DNA of 64,000 nucleotides from Candidatus Azotimanducaceae bacterium (lineage in GTDB: Bacteria; Pseudomonadota; Gammaproteobacteria; Pseudomonadales; Azotimanducaceae), in assembly GCA_965203735.1 (NCBI GenBank), contig OZ241909.1, forward strand, positions 2,539,809-2,603,808, in the 5' to 3' direction. The translations under genes and the position numbers were made by a program. A model generated the notes under the pieces. It had not been told where the DNA came from. It was given only the letters and a program-made list of their open reading frames with translations, and did not search any database. Below, in pieces: positions 18,930 through 28,481 of the stretch; position 1 is the stretch's first letter; each line of letters begins with the position of its first letter.

Positions 18930-20759
18930 ATGCTTAAGCCCACAATCCATCGACGCACGACCAGCACTCCTAGGCCGTTCCGCTTCGGATCGTTTGTTGT
19001 GGGTGTCTACGTCTCCCTAAATGTGGTTTTGCTTGCTGGCTTTTCCGCCGACGAAATGACGACGGACTCGGGTTCTATTGAAGAATCTGAAGTCAACAAT
19101 CGATTGGAGAATGCAACTGACACAGTTGAACTTGGGATCCGCTTGCACTCGATGGGGCAGTATGAAAGAACCGTCAAATTGCATCAAGTATTCGATAAGT
19201 GGAACGCTGTGCAACTTGGAGAAGCGTTTCGGCAAGCTGAAGATGTCGGATCAAGAACGATTCGCGACGAGATTCAGGAAGTGGCGGTGCGTCGCATGGC
19301 CATGATCGAACCCAAACAAGCACTCTCGATAATTTCAGACTTGCCAGATTTCAGGCGACTCCCGCTTGTCTCAATTGTGTATCAGGAGTGGTCTGTTTCA
19401 GCTCTTGAAGCGTCGGTGGAACACGCATTAAGTTTGGACAATTCAGAACGCCGAACCGTGGTCGAAGGCATCCTACACGCTAGGTATGATCTCTCCGAAG
19501 AAACTCTTCGAAAGATCGCGGGCAGCTTGGATCAAGAGGACATCACGATCGACGCACTCGCGGTTTCAATGCTTGAGATACCCATGGACAATCCTGAGGA
19601 AGCATGGCAGAGTTTCATCGTTGCGCACGGGAGCAATGTGTCGTTGTTAAGCGAAGCCCAGTTTAAGTTGCTTTCCCACATAGCCATGAGTTGGTTCAAG
19701 GAGTCCGGGAGCGACGTGCCTGGTGCCATTCTTGAATATCTGAGAGACGACACTAGCCGCATCCGAGTTCTTACTCCCCTATTGGAGTCGGTTGCGAAGG
19801 ACAATCCGCAATTTGCGTTCAAACTGACACAAGACATTGCAGGACTGAATCCAAGTGTCGGAGGACGCGTAATGGATCGAGTAATTGCGCAATGGGCGCA
19901 AAGCGATGTCGTTGCCGCTCTTGCAGCAACAGCTTTGATCGATAATTTGGCGGTTCGCGCGAGATGCGAACTTGCGGCGATAGAAGAGTGGGCTAATAAC
20001 GATGCACAGGAGCTGCTCTCTTCCATCGACCAGATTCCAGCCTACTTGCGCACCATTGGAAAACTTGAGGCATTGCGCAACGTCGCCCGAGAGTCACCAG
20101 AATCGGTTGTCGACTCAATTGCCGAATTTGAAAACGACAGTGATAGGAGAAGCTTAGTTTTAGCCATCTCAATGAGTTGGTCAGAAATCGATCCGGGTGC
20201 CACATTGAGATGGCTACGAACCAGTTCCGAGGTCGAGAGATTGAATACGAGGTTTTCGCAGTTTCAAGTGCGCATGCAGCAACGTGTCTTGGCAGAGATG
20301 GTGAAGCGTGGAGACATTCAGTTGGCTCTTGAACTTTCAACTGACCAGTCTATCCCCGTATGGCAGGGTTGGGTGATCGGTGAGGTGGCGTATCAACGTG
20401 GTTCTGCCGCTGCAATCGAGATGTTGCATCAAGTCCGCGATCCTATAGCACGGCAATCCTCGTATCACGGCATCGGTAGCGCGTTTATAAACGAAGGCAG
20501 GTCGAATCAAGCTATTGAACTAATCAGCCAAGAGTCGCCAGAAGACCAGTATAAGTACTTTCTCGACCTACGTGGGCACTGGGCGGAGGATCCCCAGGAC
20601 CTGTTCAGCAAACTGGATTCGCTACCTACAGAGCAAATCAAGAAAGAACTCGCCGCAATCCTTGCGGCGACAAACTCAGGTTATCTATCGTTAACGTCAG
20701 ATCAAAAGGACGCTCTGAGAGACATTGTCTCTCCAGCTTTCCATGACGCACTGGATTGA
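18930..20759 (+). CDS. Helical-repeat membrane-anchored protein, paralogue 2
   Basis: 609 aa. The N-terminal basic region plus TM is FGSFVVGVYVSLNVVLLAGF. It can be aligned by eye to paralogue 1: VRRMAMIEPKQAL vs IRKIAMIDPLVAL, and SYHGIGSAFINEGRSNQAIELI vs AYNGIGMALILEGDSDRAIELV. Confidence 0.65.
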   Translation: MLKPTIHRRTTSTPRPFRFGSFVVGVYVSLNVVLLAGFSADEMTTDSGSIEESEVNNRLENATDTVELGIRLHSMGQYERTVKLHQVFDKWNAVQLGEAFRQAEDVGSRTIRDEIQEVAVRRMAMIEPKQALSIISDLPDFRRLPLVSIVYQEWSVSALEASVEHALSLDNSERRTVVEGILHARYDLSEETLRKIAGSLDQEDITIDALAVSMLEIPMDNPEEAWQSFIVAHGSNVSLLSEAQFKLLSHIAMSWFKESGSDVPGAILEYLRDDTSRIRVLTPLLESVAKDNPQFAFKLTQDIAGLNPSVGGRVMDRVIAQWAQSDVVAALAATALIDNLAVRARCELAAIEEWANNDAQELLSSIDQIPAYLRTIGKLEALRNVARESPESVVDSIAEFENDSDRRSLVLAISMSWSEIDPGATLRWLRTSSEVERLNTRFSQFQVRMQQRVLAEMVKRGDIQLALELSTDQSIPVWQGWVIGEVAYQRGSAAAIEMLHQVRDPIARQSSYHGIGSAFINEGRSNQAIELISQESPEDQYKYFLDLRGHWAEDPQDLFSKLDSLPTEQIKKELAAILAATNSGYLSLTSDQKDALRDIVSPAFHDALD

Positions 20760-21299
20760 CGGATACAAGGTCCAATCTTGCGCATCTTGATTCTCTCGGC
20801 TTGCTAGAGCAGGAATCTATGAGAATGCCTCAAGTTATTGGACAAGATGTAAGTTGTTAGAGGACTATAGCGAGAATATTGAAACAAGAGAGAAAGCAAC
20901 AGAGGCCAAGACCATTGGAGTTAGCAATTCCTAACACTTACCTTTTGCTACCAAACTAGGACAATTACGAAAAGCTCCATCCACTTTAACTTCTTCGACA
21001 GGGTTCACCTCCATGGATGCGATTTGAAGAACGCTTGAACTTTTGGATGTGCAACTCGTCAAACACAGCCGAAGCAATCCTTGCATTTGCGTTGACATCA
21101 CCAACTCGATTCGTAACATACGCAAATCCCGCCAACATCCCAAGGTGATTGACATGATTACTACTCCACGTCTAGTCCTTGCGGTTCAGAGAGTCGGCGT
21201 CCGCTAGACTCCCCCTGCTCCGATTTTAGGGGCAATTACATATCCATTAATGTGGTCACCAAGTTTTGGTGGCTTGACTTGTTACACACATAAGCTTAT

Positions 21300-23141
21300 A
21301 TGAACTCAAACTCACCCAGGGAAGGACGTCAGCATCCCAACCTGTGGTCCATTACAAGAGGCGAACGGCTTCGCTACCTCGTTGCAACACTGTGTTCGAC
21401 GATATCGAACGTGTGCATGTTAGGAATTCCCCTTGCCGGGATGTACGCACTCGATGTCTTGATCGAAGGCGACTTGGGTAAATCAAACCCCTACTTGTTG
21501 GCAATGTCAGAACTGATTGGTTCGGACACACCTTTCACAACGTACTTGTTTGTGTCCGCTGCAGTTGGAATTCTGATAACGGCGTTTGCGGGTCTCTTTC
21601 AGTTTGCAAGAAATCGCTTGTCCGCTGTTGCCTCCGAAGGCATTGCAAGAAAACTCCGAGAAGTGCTCTTTGATCGCCTTCATCGCGCAAAGGCATCGTT
21701 TTTTGACAAAGAGGAAATCGGTGATCTTGTACAGCGGTGCACTTCGGACGTTGAAACGGTGAGGGGATTCATGCATTCCGATATAGATTCTCTTGCGCGA
21801 CCTCTCTTGTTCCTAGCCGTGATGTTTCCAGTATTGTGGTGGCGCAATCCAACACTAACTTGGATGTCTCTTGCTCTGATGCCGATCATCGTTGTGGGAG
21901 GCATTTATTTCTTTCATTTAGTGTCCTCGCTGTTCAAGCAGACCGACGAAGCCGAAGCGAGGCTAACGTCGGTTATCCAAGAAAACTTGACCGGAATTCG
22001 AGTGGTTCAAGCATTCGCACAAGAACCCAAGGAATTCAAGAAGTTTGAATTTGCAAATCGAGACTTTCGCGACCGCTACATTCGATTGAATGCAATCGAA
22101 TCCATCTATTGGGGAATCAGCGATCTCATATGCATGCTCCAGACCTCCATCGTGCTGATCGCTGGCGGCTACTTCGTCATGATCGGTGAGCTTTCGATCG
22201 GTGAATTGATGATGTTCACGATGCTCACTGGAATCGTGATCTGGCGCATTCGACAAATGATCGATTTTGTCGAGCACACAGGCAAGACATTGGTCTCCCT
22301 CCGAAGGATCAATCACATTTTGATGACCGAACAGGAGCCGGTTCAGCAGATTCCGGAGTCCACTGAGCTGCTTGGCTCAATCGTATTTGAGAACGTTGGA
22401 TTGACCTACGACTCCCACAGCAATCAGCTGGAAGAGATTAACCTCGAGATCAAGCCCGGTGAAACCATTGGCATCGTGGGTCGCCCCGGGTCGGGAAAGT
22501 CGACTCTCATTCGAGCGTTACTTCGTTTCTATCCGATCTCGACTGGCAAGATCTTGCTAGATGGGATCGACATTAACTCCGTAGATGTCACGTGGCTTCG
22601 ACAGAGGATTGCGTGTGCATTGCAGGAGCCTTTCCTATTCTCGAGAACGATACGTGAGAATCTTCAATTTGGAAACGAGACCGCAATTGAGGACGAGTTC
22701 GAGGACGCCACGCGACTTGCAGCAATTCACTCGACGATAAACGCATTGTCTGCGAAGTTTGCTACGAGAATTGGAGAGCGTGGCGTGAACCTTTCTGGTG
22801 GGCAGCGACAACGAATGGCTTTGGCCCGCGCATTGATGACTCGTGCCCCGATTCTAATTCTGGACGACGTTCTTTCAGGAGTAGACACTCGGACCGAGAG
22901 CTCGATTCTGGATAACCTCTCGTCCCCACAACGAAAGGTAACGACCATCATCATTGCCCATCGCCTAACGACCATTAGACGCGTGGACCGAATCGTTCTC
23001 ATGGATCAAGGCCGAATTGTGCAAGTCGGAACACACGAAGAATTGGTGAATAAACCCGGTCCATATCGCGATCTCTGCGAGATACAGGACCTGTTGGACG
23101 AGACCATACAGTACGAAACGGAGCTTGCTGCCAATGGCTGA
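21300..23141 (+). CDS. ABC exporter fused permease/ATPase, subunit with degenerate Walker B (heterodimer partner 1)
   Basis: It has a six-TM domain. Walker A is GRPGSGKST and the signature is LSGGQRQR. Walker B is ILILDD followed by V, i.e. Asp where the catalytic Glu is expected (nt 22863-22868). Confidence 0.85.
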   Translation: MNSNSPREGRQHPNLWSITRGERLRYLVATLCSTISNVCMLGIPLAGMYALDVLIEGDLGKSNPYLLAMSELIGSDTPFTTYLFVSAAVGILITAFAGLFQFARNRLSAVASEGIARKLREVLFDRLHRAKASFFDKEEIGDLVQRCTSDVETVRGFMHSDIDSLARPLLFLAVMFPVLWWRNPTLTWMSLALMPIIVVGGIYFFHLVSSLFKQTDEAEARLTSVIQENLTGIRVVQAFAQEPKEFKKFEFANRDFRDRYIRLNAIESIYWGISDLICMLQTSIVLIAGGYFVMIGELSIGELMMFTMLTGIVIWRIRQMIDFVEHTGKTLVSLRRINHILMTEQEPVQQIPESTELLGSIVFENVGLTYDSHSNQLEEINLEIKPGETIGIVGRPGSGKSTLIRALLRFYPISTGKILLDGIDINSVDVTWLRQRIACALQEPFLFSRTIRENLQFGNETAIEDEFEDATRLAAIHSTINALSAKFATRIGERGVNLSGGQRQRMALARALMTRAPILILDDVLSGVDTRTESSILDNLSSPQRKVTTIIIAHRLTTIRRVDRIVLMDQGRIVQVGTHEELVNKPGPYRDLCEIQDLLDETIQYETELAANG

Positions 23142-24978
23142 CACATACTCCGATACAGACCTCTCAACCCAGGACGAATTCCGAGATTCCGAAAACGCTC
23201 GGATGGACACCAAACTCTGGCAGCGCTTGTTCGGTTACGTACTGCGCTACAAAGGGAACTTGGCAGCAGTTGCCCTATGCGGCGGCATTTTGGGTGTCAC
23301 CGAAATGGCATTTGGGTTGGTTGCGAAATGGCTTGTGGACGACATTCAAGCCAATGGAACAGATGCAAGCCTCGAGACTTGGACGATTCTCATTGTCATT
23401 GCAAGCGTTGTCTCTGCCCTAATGATCACTGGTTTCGTTTTCTTAGTGTCGAAACTTCGAGCGATGGCGAGTTACGACATCCGTCAAGACGCTTTCGTGA
23501 ACATTCAAAAACAGTCTTTCGGTTTCTTTGACAAACGTCCCGTGGGGTGGTTAATGGCCCGTCTGACTTCAGACTGCGAACGATTAACCGACATTCTGAC
23601 GTGGGCATTCCTAGATTTCGTGTGGGGCACTGCAATGATGCTGTCGATGGGAATCGTGATGCTAGTTCTCAATTGGAAGCTTGCCCTGTTCGCATTCGCA
23701 TTGCTTCCCTTCATTGCATGGGTGACGATCAAGTTTCGACGTTCGATTCTCCAATCAGCTCGCGAAGTCAGATCAACGAATTCGTTGATCACGGGAACGT
23801 ATAACGAGAGCATTTCAGGAGTTCTGACAAGCAAGTCGTTCGTAAAGGAATCCGAAAACCTAAATCAGTTCAGCCAACAGACAGACCGACTGTATCGCGC
23901 ATCCGTTCGAAACCTGACTCTTTCAGCGGTCTATATGCCAATCATGATGGTAGTCGGGAGCATTGCGATGGGATTAGCCATTGCCGTTGGAGGCTTGGAT
24001 TTTCTCAACGGGGTAATTGTGGCGGGAACGCTGCTCGCCTTCATGATGTGGATGCGCTACTTTTTCGAACCCGTCGTTGAGATGGCCCATTGGTTTACGG
24101 AAATGCAGACAGCTCAGGCCTCTGCCGAGCGAATACTTGCTGTCATGGATGCGGTTCCCCAAATCGATGCAAACGAACGAGTTGATCCCCCCAAAGTCAA
24201 CTCGATCAACTCAATTGAAATTCGCAATGTCTCGTTTGCATACAACCCTCCTGAGACCGTTCTTTCCAACGTGACACTTGATGCGAAAGCCGGAGAGACC
24301 GTGGCTCTAGTTGGACCGACAGGTGGTGGCAAGACTACACTTGCAAACATTGTTTGTCGATTCTATGAACCGACTTCAGGTCACGTGTATGTCAACAAGG
24401 TCGACTACCGTGAATTGCCGCTCCGATGGTTTCGATCGCAGCTTGGAGTGGTTCTTCAACATCCACATGTATTTTCTGGTTCCATTTTCGAGAACATTCG
24501 CTACGGCAGACCGGGCGCAACGGAAGCGGAAATCCATGAAGCCGCCCAAACTGCTGGAGCACATGACTTCATCCAACTCATGCAAGAAGGCTACGAGTCA
24601 GAAGCAGGTGCCGGCGGAAGCAAGCTCTCAGCTGGACAAAAGCAGTTGATTTCTATTGCACGAGCAATATTGGCTGATCCTCAAGTACTCGTCCTCGATG
24701 AAGCTACGAGCTCTGTCGACACAGAGACGGAGCAACATATTCAGCAGGGCCTGGAGAATCTCCTGCGGAATCGAATGTGTTTTGTAATTGCGCATCGGCT
24801 CTCCACCATTCGTAATGCGACCAAGATCGCATTCATTCGATCAGGTCAAGTAGCGGAATCTGGAACTCATCAAGAACTCTTGAGATTGAATGGTCTTTAT
24901 GCCGACATGTATCGTCAACAGAGTTTGAGAGAGTCGGTTGAGTCGAGTTTCGAATTGGCGGACAAGACTCGCAATTGA
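23134..24978 (+). CDS. ABC exporter fused permease/ATPase, canonical-site subunit (heterodimer partner 2)
   Basis: Walker A is GPTGGGKTT, the signature is LSAGQKQL and Walker B is VLVLDEATS. ATG 23134 overlaps the upstream stop (ATGGCTGA). The six-frame ORF starts at TTG 23125. Confidence 0.85.
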   Translation: MADTYSDTDLSTQDEFRDSENARMDTKLWQRLFGYVLRYKGNLAAVALCGGILGVTEMAFGLVAKWLVDDIQANGTDASLETWTILIVIASVVSALMITGFVFLVSKLRAMASYDIRQDAFVNIQKQSFGFFDKRPVGWLMARLTSDCERLTDILTWAFLDFVWGTAMMLSMGIVMLVLNWKLALFAFALLPFIAWVTIKFRRSILQSAREVRSTNSLITGTYNESISGVLTSKSFVKESENLNQFSQQTDRLYRASVRNLTLSAVYMPIMMVVGSIAMGLAIAVGGLDFLNGVIVAGTLLAFMMWMRYFFEPVVEMAHWFTEMQTAQASAERILAVMDAVPQIDANERVDPPKVNSINSIEIRNVSFAYNPPETVLSNVTLDAKAGETVALVGPTGGGKTTLANIVCRFYEPTSGHVYVNKVDYRELPLRWFRSQLGVVLQHPHVFSGSIFENIRYGRPGATEAEIHEAAQTAGAHDFIQLMQEGYESEAGAGGSKLSAGQKQLISIARAILADPQVLVLDEATSSVDTETEQHIQQGLENLLRNRMCFVIAHRLSTIRNATKIAFIRSGQVAESGTHQELLRLNGLYADMYRQQSLRESVESSFELADKTRN

Positions 24979-25188
24979 GTTGTGAGAGCAAAATCGAATG
25001 AGTACCTATTACCCTGAGTATTACCTCAAATCCTGTCAGCTTATATCCCTTTCGATTTGATTTCTTAGCTCTACTCTAGGGCATTCCGTGGTGGGAACAC
25101 GAAGTGATCCTGACCTTCCCGTCGAGTACGATTCATAAGCTGGTATTACCGCTAATACCAACAGGTAACAAGCTGAGGCTCTTGCTGC

Positions 25189-26283
25189 ATGAATCACGAA
25201 ACCATTTCACTATGGGACAACAATGTTCCGGAAGCAGTTGGACAAGGGACACTTCACGAACCACACATTACGGTTCACTTGGCTCCAAAAGAGTCAGCAA
25301 ATGGATGTGGAGTTCTCATCTCTCCAGGAGGAGGCTACCGAATTCTTGCATCCGACCACGAGGGACTGCAGGTGGCACGTGCCTTCAACCGACGCGGCAT
25401 TTCCGCATTCGTCCTGAAGTATCGAGTTGCACCCACCTATTCTTCTGCAGTTTCGTTGCTTGACGGACAGAGGGCGATCAGAATAGTGCGTCATAGATTC
25501 AAGAACCTCGGTATTTCTAGACTGGGGATGCTGGGGTTCTCGGCAGGCGGACACCTTACCGCTGCAGTGGGAACCGCTATGCCGAACAATCCCTGCAATG
25601 CTAGGGATGCGATCGACAGTGAATCCTCTCGACCAGATTTTCTCGTCTTGGCATACGCTGTCACCAATGGAATCGTCAGAGGTAGAAAAGCTGACGAGTA
25701 CACGCCTACAGATACGGAGGTTGATTCAAACACACCCCCAACCTTTCTAATGCATACCCATGAAGACACAATTGTTCCCACTGAACAATCTCAAATCTTC
25801 TACCAAGAGCTTCATAAGCACTCCATACCAGCGGAAATGCACATCTTTGGAAGTGGTGCTCATGGAATTGGTCTGGGTACCGGAGATCCCGACTCGTCTG
25901 CGTGGTTTGGACTGATGAACAATTGGCTTCGCCGCAACGGATTTCTTACAGCCAAGAAACGGGTCTATGTCAGTGGGAGACTAACACTTAACGGGGAGAT
26001 ACCAGGTTCTGTGTGGTTATCGTTCGAACCTACGGATAGCAATGCACCTCCTGCAGTCACTCGATTAGATCAATCAGCAGAAGGGAAATTTGAAATCGAT
26101 AACGTTCGAGGTCCTGTCGAAGGAGAACACACGGTCACAGTACGGCTGATTTCAAGAAAGTACCCGCAGAATGCCACGGGTTTGTACACGCTCGAGGACG
26201 AACGAGTCTATCGGGACAAAGTTGAGGTCACGCCCCACAACCCGATAGAGATCCAATTAACTGAAGAACAACGCATTCGTTGA
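25189..26283 (+). CDS. Alpha/beta hydrolase (esterase type) with C-terminal beta-sandwich-like extension
   Basis: The nucleophile elbow is GFSAGGH. The oxyanion-region segment is LISPGGGY. The C-terminal ~100 aa (RVYVSGRLTLNGEIPG...) resemble a carboxypeptidase-regulatory-like domain. Confidence 0.7.
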   Translation: MNHETISLWDNNVPEAVGQGTLHEPHITVHLAPKESANGCGVLISPGGGYRILASDHEGLQVARAFNRRGISAFVLKYRVAPTYSSAVSLLDGQRAIRIVRHRFKNLGISRLGMLGFSAGGHLTAAVGTAMPNNPCNARDAIDSESSRPDFLVLAYAVTNGIVRGRKADEYTPTDTEVDSNTPPTFLMHTHEDTIVPTEQSQIFYQELHKHSIPAEMHIFGSGAHGIGLGTGDPDSSAWFGLMNNWLRRNGFLTAKKRVYVSGRLTLNGEIPGSVWLSFEPTDSNAPPAVTRLDQSAEGKFEIDNVRGPVEGEHTVTVRLISRKYPQNATGLYTLEDERVYRDKVEVTPHNPIEIQLTEEQRIR

Positions 26284-26321
26284 CGCATTGCCTGTTTAGT
26301 GAAAGCCTAAGCAAGAATCTC

Positions 26322-27011
26322 TCAGCTCAGATCGCTAGATCTTGAAGAATATTGTTTGGTTAGGTGCGAAGTGTCGTTGAAACGTCGAACAAGAACCCTG
26401 CTCTTTGTGACTACGATGTGTGTAATTGACCCATTATCAGAGGCCAAGAATGCCATTGGTTGTGCATGAGTTGCACTTGATACGATTTGACCGATTACAG
26501 CTCTATGTACAAACGCTGCAACAAGCCGATTGGGATTTTCTGAGGCGATTTGAGCAATCGCCGAGTTTAACCGTGCTTCGAACGCCTCATTTGTTTCGGC
26601 TCCGGGAATTATGTCCCAACGTTGTTCTCGCAACGCCCTCCTCAGTGTAGGATCGTTCTCGGCAACTTTCTTTCTGTACAGACCACCTTCGTATTCTCCT
26701 AAGTGGACCTCCCTGAGATCTGCAATTTCGATCGGATTTAGGTCTAGTTTTTTCGAGAGTGGGTCTGCTGTTTGGGCTGTTCGCTGAAGATTTGAAATGT
26801 AAATAGCATTGATCGGCTCATATTGGAGGCGCTCGGCTACTTGCTGAGCTTGAACCTGACCGTCTGGATGAAGTGGCGGGTCACCATGACCATCGACTGA
26901 TGGAAAAGGACTATCAGGATTGACTGGTGCAGACTCTCCGTGACGGATAAGGAGAATGTCCGTCGATCCCTCAGGACTTACAAATCGGTGTTGCCGAAAC
27001 TCTTTAGACAC
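26322..27011 (-). CDS. Histidine phosphatase superfamily (phosphoglycerate mutase-like) protein
   Basis: It has the RHG motif LLIRHGES, a later His in AAFVHRAVIG, and is 229 aa long. Confidence 0.75.
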   Translation of the reverse strand: MSKEFRQHRFVSPEGSTDILLIRHGESAPVNPDSPFPSVDGHGDPPLHPDGQVQAQQVAERLQYEPINAIYISNLQRTAQTADPLSKKLDLNPIEIADLREVHLGEYEGGLYRKKVAENDPTLRRALREQRWDIIPGAETNEAFEARLNSAIAQIASENPNRLVAAFVHRAVIGQIVSSATHAQPMAFLASDNGSITHIVVTKSRVLVRRFNDTSHLTKQYSSRSSDLS

Positions 27012-27065
27012 AATACGAAGAAGTGCTGGTGGAAGAGAAGCTACCTATTGCAAATAGAGTCACGC

Positions 27066-27740
27066 CTAACCGGACCCGTCCACGCCGTCGAGCTGTTGAG
27101 CTCGTTGATAGGCCTTTCGTGATTCAACTCTCTTCGCGTACGCTTCAAATGCCGGTCGCGGATCTATAGTTCCGAAAGACATTCCCCAAACAATGTGGGA
27201 ACCCAGGTAGACATCCGCAGCCGTGAAGGAATCCCCCGTCACATACGGATTCTCTTGAAGGACTCTGTCCAGCACGTCGACAACACGATCATAGGTTCCA
27301 TAGCCGGCCATACGTTCCTGATCCGGTTCGATCTCAAATCCCAGCGACTTGTTTGTCACAGCAGCTTCCACGGGTCCTGCAGCAAAGAACATCCATCGAT
27401 AGTAGGATCCTCGATTGGCTGGTTCAGGTGCGAGCTTCGACTCGGGAAATGTATCCGCTAGATAAGCACAGATTGCGGCACATTCAGTGATTACGGTACC
27501 GCCGTGCTTTATTGCGGGAACCTTACCCATGGGGTTTATCGCCAGATATTCCGGAGACTTCATTGACTCACCGTACTCGACCATTACAGTTTCGTAGTCA
27601 CAGCCGACCTCTTCCAGCATCCAGCGGGCAATTTGTCCGCGCGACATAGGGTTCGTGAAGAAGGTTAGGTCCCCACTCATATCCATATTACCCTTTCCTA
27701 GCAAATGAAGGTCATTATAGGTACTCTCAAAACCTGACAT
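27066..27740 (-). CDS. Glutathione S-transferase family protein
   Basis: It has a thioredoxin-like N-terminal domain (NPMGKVPAIKHGGTVITE) and a helical C-terminal domain. The true start may be ATG 27686 (MDMSGDLTFF), which is preceded by GGAAAGGG. Confidence 0.8.
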   Translation of the reverse strand: MSGFESTYNDLHLLGKGNMDMSGDLTFFTNPMSRGQIARWMLEEVGCDYETVMVEYGESMKSPEYLAINPMGKVPAIKHGGTVITECAAICAYLADTFPESKLAPEPANRGSYYRWMFFAAGPVEAAVTNKSLGFEIEPDQERMAGYGTYDRVVDVLDRVLQENPYVTGDSFTAADVYLGSHIVWGMSFGTIDPRPAFEAYAKRVESRKAYQRAQQLDGVDGSG

Positions 27741-28080
27741 AATGACCTACAAGGATTGTATTTGTGGTGAGCTCTGACCACGAGTGCTAGCAACTCCTGG
27801 GATCGTTGTAAGTCCGTCTCAATTCAAGAACAGAGATCGCAACGGAGCTAAAGTAAACCTAGGCCGGAAACCGAAAGCATCCATTTGCAATAGGAGTGCA
27901 CTCGTTGTTTTTCAATAGGAGAATCGAACGCTGGAAGCGGGTCAACAGCAATGTAACACCGTGCGCTGCAATCGATCTACCTGAAAACCTAGGGTACTGT
28001 AAATTTCGTAGACCAGTGTCTATAGGTACCATTCTGCGAAATTGATCTCGTGCGCGACCGAGGTGTAAAGCATCTCGGGA

Positions 28081-28347
28081 TCACAGAAGCCGTGTCGAAT
28101 CAAATTGCTTCTGAAGACTTAGCCATAAATGGGCGGGGCGTTGGAACACTCTTTCCAGCCTTAACGCTGTGTCTGGCCCGATTGAGGCCCTCCCACTGCA
28201 AATTTTGTGAACTTCATTACGTTTTAGTCCTAAGCGATTGGCCAGATCATTGTGTGACCACCCATGAAATTCAAGGTACTCAGTAACAATCTCGCCAGGA
28301 TGCGGAAAGCAGGTCGGTTCTATCGAAATCAGCTGATTACTATTCAT
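28081..28347 (-). CDS. HigA/VapI-type XRE-family HTH protein (antitoxin-like), no cognate toxin adjacent
   Basis: 88 aa. The segment HPGEIVTEYL...LANRLGLKRNEVHKICSGRASIGPDTALRLERVF...WLSLQ matches the HigA/COG3093 pattern. Confidence 0.75.
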   Translation of the reverse strand: MNSNQLISIEPTCFPHPGEIVTEYLEFHGWSHNDLANRLGLKRNEVHKICSGRASIGPDTALRLERVFQRPAHLWLSLQKQFDSTRLL

Positions 28348-28481
28348 GTCGATCCTCGACTTCGGTTAGCCCTATCTTTAGTATTGATTCCATAACTGTT
28401 CTGTTTGGTCAATCTAGGATTCCTTCTTCCTAGACCGACTGGAACAGCAATCGGTGGTCCGATCCACACACAGACTAGTTA

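Noticed and set aside
17946-20026. Several 160-170-aa antisense ORFs (17946..18452, 18173..18667, 19532..20026) inside the repeat-protein genes.
   Set aside because: They overlap one another and the sense genes. Their Ser/Arg/Ala-rich composition is typical of antisense frames of coding DNA.
27888-27921. Direct 9-mer repeat CAATAGGAG at 27888 and 27913.
   Set aside because: There are only two copies of a short motif. It is plausibly chance or a minor promoter element upstream of the GST gene, and is not enough to call.
27913-27990. tRNA-like fragment (GGAGAATCGAAC, resembling the complement of a T-arm) that might mark an integration site beside the ATPase/HigA module.
   Set aside because: On the reverse complement I could not fold a T-stem, anticodon arm or acceptor stem. 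I also found no matching direct repeat on the other side of the module (29655-29830).
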